A DNA stretch of 64,000 nt from contig CBFFSA010000006.1 of the NCBI GenBank assembly GCA_965644495.1, positions 682,001 through 746,000 on the forward strand, read 5' to 3'. The notes beneath the pieces were generated by a model. It was not told the DNA's origin. It worked only from the letters and a program-made list of their open reading frames with translations, and ran no database searches. Positions 29,784 through 40,260 of this stretch are shown here, piece by piece (the stretch's first letter is position 1; every line of letters begins with the position of its first letter). This DNA is from Perkinsela sp. CCAP 1560/9. Its lineage: Eukaryota > Protista > Euglenozoa: Kinetoplastea. The position numbers and the translations under genes are program-made.

Positions 29784-31085
29784 ATGGCATATTTTCCTTC
29801 TGTCACTCTGCATTCTACTCTTTTTGTTGCAATCGTTGCGTCCTTCATCCTTTTCCAAAGTCACTATCGAATATCCAGTCTTGAATTTTTGGTAAATAAG
29901 TTACCCTTGCGCCTAGCACGCGGCAGATTACCTTCAAAATTGAGCACTTTATCACGCCGAAAACCTATACGCGCGCTTGTAGTCCTTGGATCTGGCGGTC
30001 ACACAACCGAAATGCTATACACTTTGCCAAATATCAAAAGCATGCTTTCTTTTTCTTATGTAATCGCGAGTAATGATAAGGGCAGCATATGGGCTCTCAA
30101 AGATTTCTCAAGTAGAGCACGGAAACAGGCAACTAACATTTGCCTGCCAAAAAATTCGTCACGCAAAACACATAACCCATTGAACAGTGCAATGGTCTAT
30201 CGCGTGCCTCGTGCTAGAAGCGTTCGTCAAAGCTATTTTACATCTATTTTTTCTTTTTTACATTGTCTTATTGTTTCTGTCTTTATCTTGTTTCACTTCC
30301 AACCTGATATCCTCCTTACTAACGGTCCAGGTACGTGCGTTCCGATTGCGTTGGCCACGTTCTTTCTTCGTCCTTGGATTTCATGTAAAATTGTATATAT
30401 GGAAAGCTTTGCTTGCGTGCGTTCTCTTTCGCTCTCTGGTAGGCTTCTATACAAATTTTGTGACCTATTCCTCGTTCGCTGGAAAAGCATTGCTAAGATT
30501 TATCCGAAAAGCACATACGTACCATCCGAAGGAGCAATTTCAGGTTATTTAATAGACCAAAACATGCTTCCTATTCGTGGGACAGGATTATCAGCTGATC
30601 CATATGTTTTGATTACCGTAGGATCCACTTGTTTTAACGAGTTGGTTAAAGCATGCGATGATCCCTGGTTTGTGAAATGTATGCATGAGAAATATTGTAT
30701 TAACAAAATTTTTATGCAGATTGGAACCGGTTCTTATATTCCTCAACATCCAGACATAGTGCATTTTCGCTTCCAGTCTACCGGATTTGCAGTATCACTC
30801 GCCAAAGCCACTCTCGTGATTGGACACGCAGGGGCCGGCACTATATTAGATACACTTCAAGGTGCTACACCCATGATTATTGTTCCAAACGAAAGCCTCA
30901 TGAATGATCACCAAACCCAGCTTTCTCAGGAACTGAGTGAAAGAGGTATTCTCCAAACACTTCGAATGCCCGAATTGAAATCAAAGCTTCCTATGTTACA
31001 GATTAAAAAATCTGAGACTGGATTTGTGGCGGGCGCTTACGGGGAATATTTATCGTCGCATCTCGCCTTATTGAGTAAACCGTAA
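29784..31085 (+). CDS. ALG14-ALG13: Fused ALG14-ALG13 UDP-GlcNAc transferase
   Basis: N-terminal TM; ALG14 motifs VLGSGGHTTEM, PRARSVRQSY, NGPGTCVP and YMESFA..SLSLSGRLL; then ALG13 motifs ITVGST, MQIG, IGHAGAGT and NESLMNDHQ. Confidence 0.92.
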   Translation: MAYFPSVTLHSTLFVAIVASFILFQSHYRISSLEFLVNKLPLRLARGRLPSKLSTLSRRKPIRALVVLGSGGHTTEMLYTLPNIKSMLSFSYVIASNDKGSIWALKDFSSRARKQATNICLPKNSSRKTHNPLNSAMVYRVPRARSVRQSYFTSIFSFLHCLIVSVFILFHFQPDILLTNGPGTCVPIALATFFLRPWISCKIVYMESFACVRSLSLSGRLLYKFCDLFLVRWKSIAKIYPKSTYVPSEGAISGYLIDQNMLPIRGTGLSADPYVLITVGSTCFNELVKACDDPWFVKCMHEKYCINKIFMQIGTGSYIPQHPDIVHFRFQSTGFAVSLAKATLVIGHAGAGTILDTLQGATPMIIVPNESLMNDHQTQLSQELSERGILQTLRMPELKSKLPMLQIKKSETGFVAGAYGEYLSSHLALLSKP

Positions 31086-31351
31086 GAATCTAAAAACGTT
31101 AATACACCGCATACCGTGATCCTCCTGCTTCATTATCTGTCATTTGACCCCTAATCATTTAATTATTAGCTGACATTAGTATCCATCAGCTGAACTACAT
31201 GTAGTAACCATCAAGTTTCTCTCAGCTTATCGCTGATTAAGGGCTTGTCCATCTGTCAGGACCTTTTCCTAATTCCTCTCATTAATTTTTATAACTATAA
31301 ATTTTCTTTTCGTTTATCTTTCATGTTTACAAAAATTAATAAGAAGGGGAG

Positions 31352-31589
31352 TACCCCCTTGCTTATGGGTTCGGAACTCATAAGTGTATCAGGACGGAAA
31401 CCACCACCCCACAAAGGAAAAATCAGGCACAAGGCTTCCCGCCAATTCGACAAGGTGACCCTAACGAGTAGGATATGTTCCATCACATCTATGGAGCTGT
31501 CAAATACATTTCCTCTTAGAAAACTTTCCCCTTAGAAGAAAGAGCTAACAAGCGTACCAGAACTGGTGGGACTCATAAGCAGGGGAGTA
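31352..31589. mobile_element. Diverged TA-flanked MITE-like element
   Basis: tacccccttgcttatgggttc vs ggactcataagcaggggagta (about 17/21 complementary). Confidence 0.55.
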
Positions 31590-31732
31590 TCGTAATACAT
31601 GTACATTGTATTAAATACATATGCATATTCATGCATGTAAATGATGCCTCTTGTAATTTACATGTAGTGTCATTAACTTTGCGGATCTATTTATTGAATA
31701 GTTATTCGTTCTAACTTGAATTTATTTCTGAC

Positions 31733-33172
31733 ATGGTAAAGCTTGACGCCACTATATTACAATACTTAGAAAAGGAGGACTTCCGCGTTCTCGCTGCGCT
31801 GGAATTGGCCATTCGAAATCATGATCTAGTTCCCTCTCCCTTGATTGAAAGGATCGCTAATTTGCCTCGTGGAGGAGCACTGAAAAGGTTAAAGGAAATG
31901 CTAAAATATAAACTCATCCATCATGATCGACAATTTTACGACGGATATGCGATGAAGTATGCTGCTTATGATTTTCTTGCCTTGCACACCTTTGCTCAAC
32001 GAGGAGTGCTTTCCGGAATTGGTTCAATGATGGGGTGTGGCAAAGAAAGTGATATTTATTTGTGCACTGACAAAGATGGGCAAGATCTTGTTATTAAACT
32101 GGAGCGCCTTGGACGATGCTCTTTCCGAACAGTAGCTAAAAACCGGAACTACACGAAGAACGGTCGTCGTGGGGGTGCAAGTTGGTATTATCTTAGTCGT
32201 CTGGCAGCAACGAAAGAGTTTGCCTTTCTGCAAACCTTGTACGAGGAAGGCTACCCTGTGCCTCGTCCAGTAGACCACAATCGACACGCTATTGTAATGG
32301 AACGAGTCGATGGGGAGGTCTTGTACAACGCAAGAACGCTTCAAGATCCAACCCGGGCGTTTTATCAGTGTATTGATTTGATCGTTCGGCTTGCACAGAA
32401 TGGATTTATTCACGGTGATTTTAACGAATTCAACCTTCTTCTACGACGGGATACTGAGGAACTGGTGCTGATTGATTTTCCTCAAATGGTTTCCGTGCGT
32501 CATAAAAATGCGGTTGAACTTTTCAACAGAGATATTCAATGCATTCACCATTTCTTCCTACGAAAGTACAAGCTGAGTTTTGACTACTGGCCCAAACTTG
32601 ACATTGACGGTTCACGAATAGGGTACTTAGATAGCCTTGTTCTAAAAGGAAAGTTTACTAAACAAGATGAAGAAGAGATGGAAAAGCTGATAAGTCAACA
32701 AAAGTCGTTGGAAGACTCACTAGAGCAAAGCTCCTCTGATACAGAATCTGCGTGTGGATCCTTAGATGGTGATTCTTCATGTGACGATGACTTAATATCT
32801 AATTCATCGTGTTTTCGAGATTCGAATTTAATGGAACAGGCAAGTAAGACGGATTCTTACGACAGATCAGTAAAAAATTGTCGTTCGTTTTCTGATTGCA
32901 TAAACGCGGACCCGAGCAGTGAAAGAAAAATTCAAAACTCTTCTCTGAAGTGTGAAAGCACTTCAGATTGTTCAGGAGATATTGCCAGCGAATTTCTTGC
33001 TCGTCCTCATTTTTCGAATCTAAAAGTAGATACCAAGCATATTCGTCAAAAAGTTGCGCAAGAAGGGGAAAGAAGAGCCTTTGGAGAATTCAAAGGTCGT
33101 TTAGCTCGCCGCAATCTATTTAAGTCGCGCGACAAACGGCGTCTAAATGGGGAGTTAAGCAAATTGCTTTAA
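31733..33172 (+). CDS. RIO2: RIO2 atypical kinase
   Basis: N-terminal wHTH (MVKLDATILQYLEKEDFRVL), GCGKESDIY, SWYYLSRLAATKEFAFL, IHGDFNEFN and IDFPQMVS. Confidence 0.95.
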   Translation: MVKLDATILQYLEKEDFRVLAALELAIRNHDLVPSPLIERIANLPRGGALKRLKEMLKYKLIHHDRQFYDGYAMKYAAYDFLALHTFAQRGVLSGIGSMMGCGKESDIYLCTDKDGQDLVIKLERLGRCSFRTVAKNRNYTKNGRRGGASWYYLSRLAATKEFAFLQTLYEEGYPVPRPVDHNRHAIVMERVDGEVLYNARTLQDPTRAFYQCIDLIVRLAQNGFIHGDFNEFNLLLRRDTEELVLIDFPQMVSVRHKNAVELFNRDIQCIHHFFLRKYKLSFDYWPKLDIDGSRIGYLDSLVLKGKFTKQDEEEMEKLISQQKSLEDSLEQSSSDTESACGSLDGDSSCDDDLISNSSCFRDSNLMEQASKTDSYDRSVKNCRSFSDCINADPSSERKIQNSSLKCESTSDCSGDIASEFLARPHFSNLKVDTKHIRQKVAQEGERRAFGEFKGRLARRNLFKSRDKRRLNGELSKLL

Positions 33173-33470
33173 AACTTGTAATACTATTTGATATAATGTA
33201 TGTGCTGTGAAACGTATACTGAATTCGAGCAAAGGTATTATGAAAGGTATTATGAAACATAAACGTGTCTCCATTTGTAATAAATTCATTTGTTCCGCCT
33301 ATGAAATAAACACTAAAACGGATTTTTTAGGGTAAGATTGATTATAAGTTATGCATCTAGGACTGTATAGCTCATAGACAGCTAAATTTTAGTTAGAAAC
33401 TACGTTGAGTTTCTAGATCATTGGCATTTTGTCACTACCTTTGCTCTTACTCGCTTATCTAATTCTTACA

Positions 33471-34568
33471 ATGCGGCTATTTTATTCCGTTTCACAACGT
33501 ACACAATACATCGGCACCGTGCCTGCTAATTTTTTAGAAAACAGTAAACTTTTCCCTCAATTTGGTTTGTGCTTTTCTCCCTGTCGGCGAATTTCATTAC
33601 TGGAGAAAACGGCTCTTCTCCTTGCTCGATTAGCTTCTATAAAAAGTAGCATTACAAAATCACCAGAATCTCTTGATCAGTCGTCACAAGGGAAAAAAGG
33701 TCGAAGCAATTACTCTTCCGTTCAGAAGCACTCTTCTGTTGAAAACAAAATTCAGAATGCTTTGAAGGTTCTTGTCGATCATCCCATCCCCTCTCTTACG
33801 GCGGGCATTACCGGTAAGGCAAGTAAACTTTTAAAAGAACGGTTCCCAGAGTTATTCGATGAAATTGATTTAGAAAAGAATTCTGATTTCTCTCTCGATA
33901 ATCTGATGATGGACAGCGGACGGCTCGTCTACTGGAAATGTTCCAACTGTGAAAAATCGTTTCGTAAATCTGTTGTAGAACGGGTCTACCTAACAAAATT
34001 TTGTCCCTACTGCGAGGAAGCCAATCGCCGTCCACTGGACAAATTCTATCCGGGGATCGCTAAAGAGTGGGACATCCTACGTAACCCTCTCCACCTTCGA
34101 CCAAAGTTTGTGGAGAGTTCTTCCCTTGATTCATTGTGGTGGAAATGTGCAAAGTGTACCTATGGCTTTGAGGCCACCGTGAAGGCTCGGGTGGGCGGCG
34201 AGAGCTGTCCCAGGTGTCACCCCGTCCACGGAAACTGGGCCCTTCGACGTCCCGAAATTGCCAAAGAGTGGCACCCACTGCGGAACGGCGACCTCCGAGT
34301 GACGGACTTAAGCGAAAAGCACAATCGGTTGATCTGGTGGATGTGTCCGAAGTGCTCGTTTGAGTATGAGGCAGGGCTTCGTGATCGTACCGTGAAGGAT
34401 GTAGGATGCCCTCTGTGCCAGACGCAGCCATCGCGAGGGTCCGAGGAAAAGACTCCAAAGCCGAAGCAGAGCGAACCTACGCAGGGGAATACCGGGCAAG
34501 AGGCCATCTCCACCGAGTCTGTTGCGGGGGCGAAAGACAAGACAAAAAAGAAGCATCCGAGCAAATAA
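33471..34568 (+). CDS. Tandem zinc-ribbon (DUF4379-type) protein, probably mitochondrial
   Basis: Three W-CxxC...CPxC units (WKCSNC..CPYC; WWKCAKC..CPRC; WWMCPKC..CPLC) with P-IAKEW linkers. Confidence 0.8.
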   Translation: MRLFYSVSQRTQYIGTVPANFLENSKLFPQFGLCFSPCRRISLLEKTALLLARLASIKSSITKSPESLDQSSQGKKGRSNYSSVQKHSSVENKIQNALKVLVDHPIPSLTAGITGKASKLLKERFPELFDEIDLEKNSDFSLDNLMMDSGRLVYWKCSNCEKSFRKSVVERVYLTKFCPYCEEANRRPLDKFYPGIAKEWDILRNPLHLRPKFVESSSLDSLWWKCAKCTYGFEATVKARVGGESCPRCHPVHGNWALRRPEIAKEWHPLRNGDLRVTDLSEKHNRLIWWMCPKCSFEYEAGLRDRTVKDVGCPLCQTQPSRGSEEKTPKPKQSEPTQGNTGQEAISTESVAGAKDKTKKKHPSK

Positions 34569-34952
34569 TATGTTGCTGCCTTCACATTATTGTAGAATTA
34601 TTTGCTTCGTGCTATTCAAAATTTCGATTTTTGCATATACGTAAAGCAAGTGCAATGTAGCACAAGTAAAATATGTCTTAATGCGATGTACACTCAGTAA
34701 CTTCCGTACGTCATGCACTTGAGTAAGTTACGCGTTTACATACGCTTGTGCTGTACATACTACAGTCTGTAGGAATTCTTAGGGGTACAGTATTTTATAT
34801 GTACTTAACAAAAATCGGAACATTGGTCGCTAAATACATCTCGACGATAAAGCTCATGTATTTCGCATTATACGTCATACTTATGTTATAGTAACTACTT
34901 AGTAAGTCTTACTAACATTGCATACTTTTTTTACTTTATAGGACACTTCCCT

Positions 34953-37541
34953 ATGTCCAGCGTAGTAGAGCTTTTGCTTAGTCTTGGAAATCCGGACAAT
35001 GTCGTCCAAAGAAACGCGGAGGCAGTGATATACAATGCTCGGGATGAAAATCTTGGTGCCTTTCTTTCCGAACTCGTTCGCATCGTCCGAGACGAAAAAA
35101 TCAACGAAATAGCCCGACAGCAAGCTCTCATTCTTCTCAAGAATACTGTGGCCTTTAACGCTCGTGATGAGCAAAACAAGAAGTTACTAGAAAGTCGCTG
35201 GAATTCCATAGATCTAGATACTCGTGCTAACGTTCGCAAAGAAATTCTTAATACTCTTGGATCTCCCACACGAGGAGTTCGTTTTATAGCTGCTCTAGTC
35301 GTGGCTAACTTGGCGCGCCTTGAGCTTCCTCGTCAACAGTGGCCGGAACTTCTTAATGCTTTGTTTCACGCGAGCAAAGCAAAAGGGCACATGGAAGCCG
35401 CTATCACCACTCTAGGGTACATATGCGAGGAAAGCAATTCCTGCAGTGCACTCGCAGAAGAACTCCAGCAGCATGCCAATCGCATTCTTGATTGTGTTAT
35501 TAACGGTATGCGCGATACCGATGAGGAAGTGTGTTATCAGAGTACGAACGCATTGTGTAATGCCATTACCTTTATTCATGGAAACATGGACGTTCCAGCG
35601 GAGAGGGATTTTATCATGCAAACTATTTGTGCGAATTGCGTGAACCATGAACCTAGAACCATCGTGAAAGGTCTGGAATGTCTTGTTCGTATTGCCTTTG
35701 AATATTACACCGTTCTTTCATCGTACATGCCAGCGCTTTTTAGCCTTACCGTTCAGAGCATTCAGACAGAAAATGAAGATACAGCTCTTCAAGGGTTTCA
35801 ATTTTGGACTACAATATGCGAAGTAGAACTTGTACTTCTTGAAGAACATGAAGGAGAGGACTGCCAAGGTTATGCCTCAAAAGCTGCACCTCAAATTGTA
35901 CCTGTGGCCCTCCAATCCTTATTGAAACAGGAGGAAGGTCAAAGTGATGACGATTGGAACGTATGCGCCGCAGGGGGTATATGTCTTCGAGGCTTCGCAC
36001 AGGTTTTGAAAAATGATATTCTGTCCTATGTAATGCCATTCGTAACAAACAATGCGAAGGATAGCAACTGGAAAAACTGTGACGCAGCGCTAACCGCCTT
36101 TGGGGGTATTCTCGACGGGCCAGATACAGCCGCGGTAGGTCAAAGTATTACGGGGGCTATGCCTCTTCTTCTTCAGTACACAGCCAGTGATCAACATCCC
36201 ATGGTGCGCGAGAGTGCCGTTTGGGTTCTCTCTCGTATAGCTAATTTTCACGCTCCCGTTATTCTCCAAGAGTATCTAGATCAAGTTGTTCGACTTTCAG
36301 CGGGGCTTATTGGAGATATCCCTTCTATAGGTAACAAAGCGTGTAGTATTCTTCACAATCTCTGTATTGAGCTGGAAGGTGACACAACAACTCCAGCTAC
36401 AAACGCCATGTCGGCCTATTTTGAGCCACTAGTTACGACACTTCTCCAGTGTATGGATCGTCCTAACGCTCATGAAAGTAACTTGCGTGGAGCGGCGCAG
36501 GAAACGCTTAACTCCCTACTCAGCTGCGCGGCAGAAGATATATTTACTAAGGTGAACGCTCTGATACCTGAGTTCGTCGCTCGCATCGAAAAAACGACGG
36601 CCTCCATTACACCGGATATACCCACCTCGACTTTACAAGAACTCCAACTTACGCAAGGTCTTTTCTGCGGCTCCCTGCAGCACGTTTGTCATAAACTCGG
36701 AAAACGTCTCACAAAGGAAAGTGTTGCCCTGATGATGCGGGCGTGCCAGCGTGCCCTCGTCCCGGTAGGCGAAACAGTTTCTGAAGAGGCTGTGTTACTT
36801 GTGGGTGCCTTAGCGGCCGCAATAGGAACAAACTTCCAAAACTACCTACCCGATGTCGCTCCAGCTATCTTATCATCTCTACGAAACTGCAAGGAGCCCT
36901 CTTTATGCACTATTGCTGTGGGTACCGTAGGTGATATTGTTGCCGCACTTGGGACGCGCACCCCCGAATCTTTCTGTGACGAGTTCATAGGGGCCCTTTT
37001 GGCAAACGTTCGCTCGGATGATCTTCCACAGAGCACGCGCCCTCCTATTCTTAGTTGTTTTGGTGACATTGCATTGCATACTGAAGGGATCTTTGAAAAG
37101 TATCTCCCTGTTGTAATGAACGTTCTTGACAGCGCCGCCTCCGCCGTAGACACAATTGACCCGGAAAATGACGAAATGTTGGAATTCGGCGAGGATCTCA
37201 GGGAATCTATTTGCGAAGCCTTTACTGGAATAATTCAAGGAATGAAGGGAAAAATTTCCGTTTTAACTCCCTACGTCCCGAAATTCTTGCAATTTATCAT
37301 GTCTAGTGGAATGGCCAAACAGGTTAGCGATCCTGTGCTGTCGCATTGCGTAAGTGTGTTGGGTGATTTGCTGAATGTGTTTGGTTCACAAACCAACCGG
37401 CAACATTGTCCGTCTGAACTAGTCAATTTCGTACGAAACAAGCAAGTACAAGAAATGGTGGAGAGGGCGATGAAAAGCAATAATGAAGAAACTCGCGATG
37501 CCGCACAATGGACCCGTAAAGAAGCCTCTTCCTATCTGTAA
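34953..37541 (+). CDS. KPNB1: Importin beta-1 (karyopherin beta 1)
   Basis: IBN_N (ARQQALILLKN), ELPRQQWPEL, QFWTTICEVE, acidic loop QEEGQSDDDWN, PPILSCFGDIAL. Confidence 0.93.
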   Translation: MSSVVELLLSLGNPDNVVQRNAEAVIYNARDENLGAFLSELVRIVRDEKINEIARQQALILLKNTVAFNARDEQNKKLLESRWNSIDLDTRANVRKEILNTLGSPTRGVRFIAALVVANLARLELPRQQWPELLNALFHASKAKGHMEAAITTLGYICEESNSCSALAEELQQHANRILDCVINGMRDTDEEVCYQSTNALCNAITFIHGNMDVPAERDFIMQTICANCVNHEPRTIVKGLECLVRIAFEYYTVLSSYMPALFSLTVQSIQTENEDTALQGFQFWTTICEVELVLLEEHEGEDCQGYASKAAPQIVPVALQSLLKQEEGQSDDDWNVCAAGGICLRGFAQVLKNDILSYVMPFVTNNAKDSNWKNCDAALTAFGGILDGPDTAAVGQSITGAMPLLLQYTASDQHPMVRESAVWVLSRIANFHAPVILQEYLDQVVRLSAGLIGDIPSIGNKACSILHNLCIELEGDTTTPATNAMSAYFEPLVTTLLQCMDRPNAHESNLRGAAQETLNSLLSCAAEDIFTKVNALIPEFVARIEKTTASITPDIPTSTLQELQLTQGLFCGSLQHVCHKLGKRLTKESVALMMRACQRALVPVGETVSEEAVLLVGALAAAIGTNFQNYLPDVAPAILSSLRNCKEPSLCTIAVGTVGDIVAALGTRTPESFCDEFIGALLANVRSDDLPQSTRPPILSCFGDIALHTEGIFEKYLPVVMNVLDSAASAVDTIDPENDEMLEFGEDLRESICEAFTGIIQGMKGKISVLTPYVPKFLQFIMSSGMAKQVSDPVLSHCVSVLGDLLNVFGSQTNRQHCPSELVNFVRNKQVQEMVERAMKSNNEETRDAAQWTRKEASSYL

Positions 37542-37972
37542 AAATATTCGGATTTTGGAAACATAAAAAGGTTTGAATTTGTGATTTCTCAAGCGTTGTA
37601 ATACATCGCCTTTGTTGTCATTACATGTATACAAGTTTGTTTGCCTTAATATATCGTGTCATCTTCAACAGAAGTTGAAAAGGTGTAAGAAAATTGCATA
37701 CTATTTAATTTAAAATTCATGTATCATGCATGTAGTTTACGAAAATGTGTTACATATAGATGTGCGACACCAACAATTTTTAGAACACTCTCAAATTACT
37801 TTTTTGCTACCGTACCGTAACATTTTTTTCTGAAAATACACAACCGACTTTTTTCCTTTGTATTTTTTTCTATGGGTGAGTCATACATGTCACTGTATAT
37901 TTTTACAAAACTGACAATACATATTTTTTTAAAGAAATCCTTACCAACATCTCCTTTCCCACCCTCACACAC

Positions 37973-39034
37973 ATGCTTCTACTGAGAAAAACCTTGCTCC
38001 AAAACCACCAACTAGGAGTCACCCCTATGTGGAAACGGGGACGAACACACAGTGACCTCAAAGACCACAACGGGGTCACTGGATTTCTTTTCGGTTCTCT
38101 ACCGGATCGCGTACAAGACTACGCCCGTTTTGCGCTCTCGGAAGGGATGATGCACGAGTACGCGCGCCAGGGATGGGTCGTGAGCCCCCGTCCCGTGATG
38201 TCACGCGCCCAACTCGACATGCTCCTACACGAGATTCGCAACCTGGTCGCCTATGAAGGGGACGAGATGCCTCCCAACAAGGCGCTGTTGTATAATTACA
38301 CTGACATCAACCCACTTGCCTCGCATCAGATTTTTTATAGTACCGGACACTGGCGAGTGCTTCGTTGTCTTCATGATTTAGTTTACCTCCCCGCACTCAC
38401 GGCCCCGGCCTCGCAGCTTCTCGGGAACCGTGCAGTTCAGTTTCTCCACGACGAGTTGTTCTGTAAACCCCCTGAGAAGGGAAGTTGTGTAGTGTGGCAC
38501 CAGAATGGGGTTCAGTGGAAGAACACGCAGCCGTTGCAACACGTCACCGCTCACCTCGCGTTCGATCAACAGAGTGTGCAGAATGGAGGGCTCCATGTCG
38601 TCTCAGGTTCGCATCTCTGGCGTGCAGTCGAGAACACGATTCCTATGACCGTGAGTAGCGACCCAGACCCGAAAGTTCAAATGGAGGCCGTGCTCTCGGC
38701 ACTCTCGGAAGAGGAAACTGCAAAATTTTATGAGAATGTGACATGCCCCAAGGTGCCCAGAGGTCACGCGTTGTTTATGCATCCCCTGCTGCTGCATGGG
38801 TCGCACCCGAATACGAGTGTTCAATGGCGCAGAGCGGGTGCAGTGCATTATTGTGCACAAGGTACGTGTGCGGTGAACACGGGTCCACTGTTTCAAGGAA
38901 CGTACGTGATGCGAGGAAGTGAACCTCTGATGGGGAAATTCTATCCGATCGTCTTCGACCCACACAAAATGGCTGGATCGCAAGCCCCCGCTAGTCCAGC
39001 TGGGGCTCCCTCTCTTCCCGCTCCATCTTCTTGA
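37973..39034 (+). CDS. Phytanoyl-CoA dioxygenase (PhyH) family protein
   Basis: FCKPP..G..VVWHQN, AHLAFD...NGGLHVVSGSHLW, LLHGSHPN..WRRA. Confidence 0.85.
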   Translation: MLLLRKTLLQNHQLGVTPMWKRGRTHSDLKDHNGVTGFLFGSLPDRVQDYARFALSEGMMHEYARQGWVVSPRPVMSRAQLDMLLHEIRNLVAYEGDEMPPNKALLYNYTDINPLASHQIFYSTGHWRVLRCLHDLVYLPALTAPASQLLGNRAVQFLHDELFCKPPEKGSCVVWHQNGVQWKNTQPLQHVTAHLAFDQQSVQNGGLHVVSGSHLWRAVENTIPMTVSSDPDPKVQMEAVLSALSEEETAKFYENVTCPKVPRGHALFMHPLLLHGSHPNTSVQWRRAGAVHYCAQGTCAVNTGPLFQGTYVMRGSEPLMGKFYPIVFDPHKMAGSQAPASPAGAPSLPAPSS

Positions 39035-39318
39035 GTTTCCTTTTTTAGAATGGTTATGGAGTTAGCTAGATAACTTTTCACGTGAGAATTGTAAACGCGT
39101 ATTGTTCCCGTATTCATTTTGGTGTAAATCTTTACATGTATGTTATGGGGCTCTAAATTTATACATGTCCAGTTGACTTATAGTACTTGCAGTTGACATA
39201 CTGCAACGTAGCGAAACATGTTCTTAAAACTCGAATTGGTATAAGCAGATTAAAATGAATAAGAACCATACAAAAGCAAAGTACGCTCTTTCATTATGTA
39301 CATGAGAATGTTCTAAAA

Positions 39319-39519
39319 ATGTGGTGGTCCGACATCTCCCAAAAATCAGTATGGAGCACTTGGAACCGATCTGAATGGGTTTGTTACGGAAGTGCGTTCG
39401 CATTTTCTAATGTGAGCATGATCTTAGCCGGCTATTTTAATCGGAAATCCCAGAGCATTGATTTCGAAGATAGAGTGACATCTCGCCTGCATGAAATCTC
39501 GCCTGCATTGAAAGATTGA
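39319..39519 (+). CDS. Possible small membrane protein (66 aa)
   Basis: ATG-initiated sense-strand ORF with one hydrophobic stretch, in a long spacer; no homology recognised. Confidence 0.3.
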   Translation: MWWSDISQKSVWSTWNRSEWVCYGSAFAFSNVSMILAGYFNRKSQSIDFEDRVTSRLHEISPALKD

Positions 39520-40260
39520 AAATAGATTCTAGTTAAAGAAATGCTTTAAAAAAATCTACTGTTCCACGAAACTTGTTTTGAGTGAGTCCGGGGAACGTAT
39601 TTTCTTCTGTATTATGTAGTACGTACAAACGTGTATTAGAGACGACACCGGGATTACAGAATCGACAACATCTTGTCGGATTTCTTGTACAGTGTGCCGT
39701 GCGTTTAAAAAAAAGTTTTTAATTCTGCTAGAGATCTGAAGCTCGTTTTCATGACCCTGCATGCCACCATAGCCTGGTAAACATGGTTATTTGCTTGTAT
39801 GTTAGCTCGGCGATGGTGTTCACAGAGTAGAAGTCCTTCTTCACGCTTCGCTCATACGAGAGGTACTAACGGTGCTTCAGAACTTGATTGACGTGGACTA
39901 GTTATTGCGTTGGGTTATGTAGACACTTAAATTCTGCCTTGATTCAACAAATAAATAAAACAGTGAACAAACATTTTTGAAGCTTGTATGTGTTAACCAC
40001 TTCATTCTCCCGCACGAATTCGCGCGCAACTACCCTTTTTTCACCCCCTACCTAATAGTAGTAACTCTACTCCCTATTTGCCTATTCCTAATTATCCTTT
40101 TTGACGGAGCCTTGAGTATGAGGCGTCGCGAAGTTTTTCGTTTTTTTACCCTTATTGTAAATCTCTATTGTTGTGCCCTATGCCTTACAAGCAGTTCACA
40201 TTCTATTCTGTACTATCGTCTTTGTTTTTCTCACCCTTATTACCTCCTTAAAAACGATTC

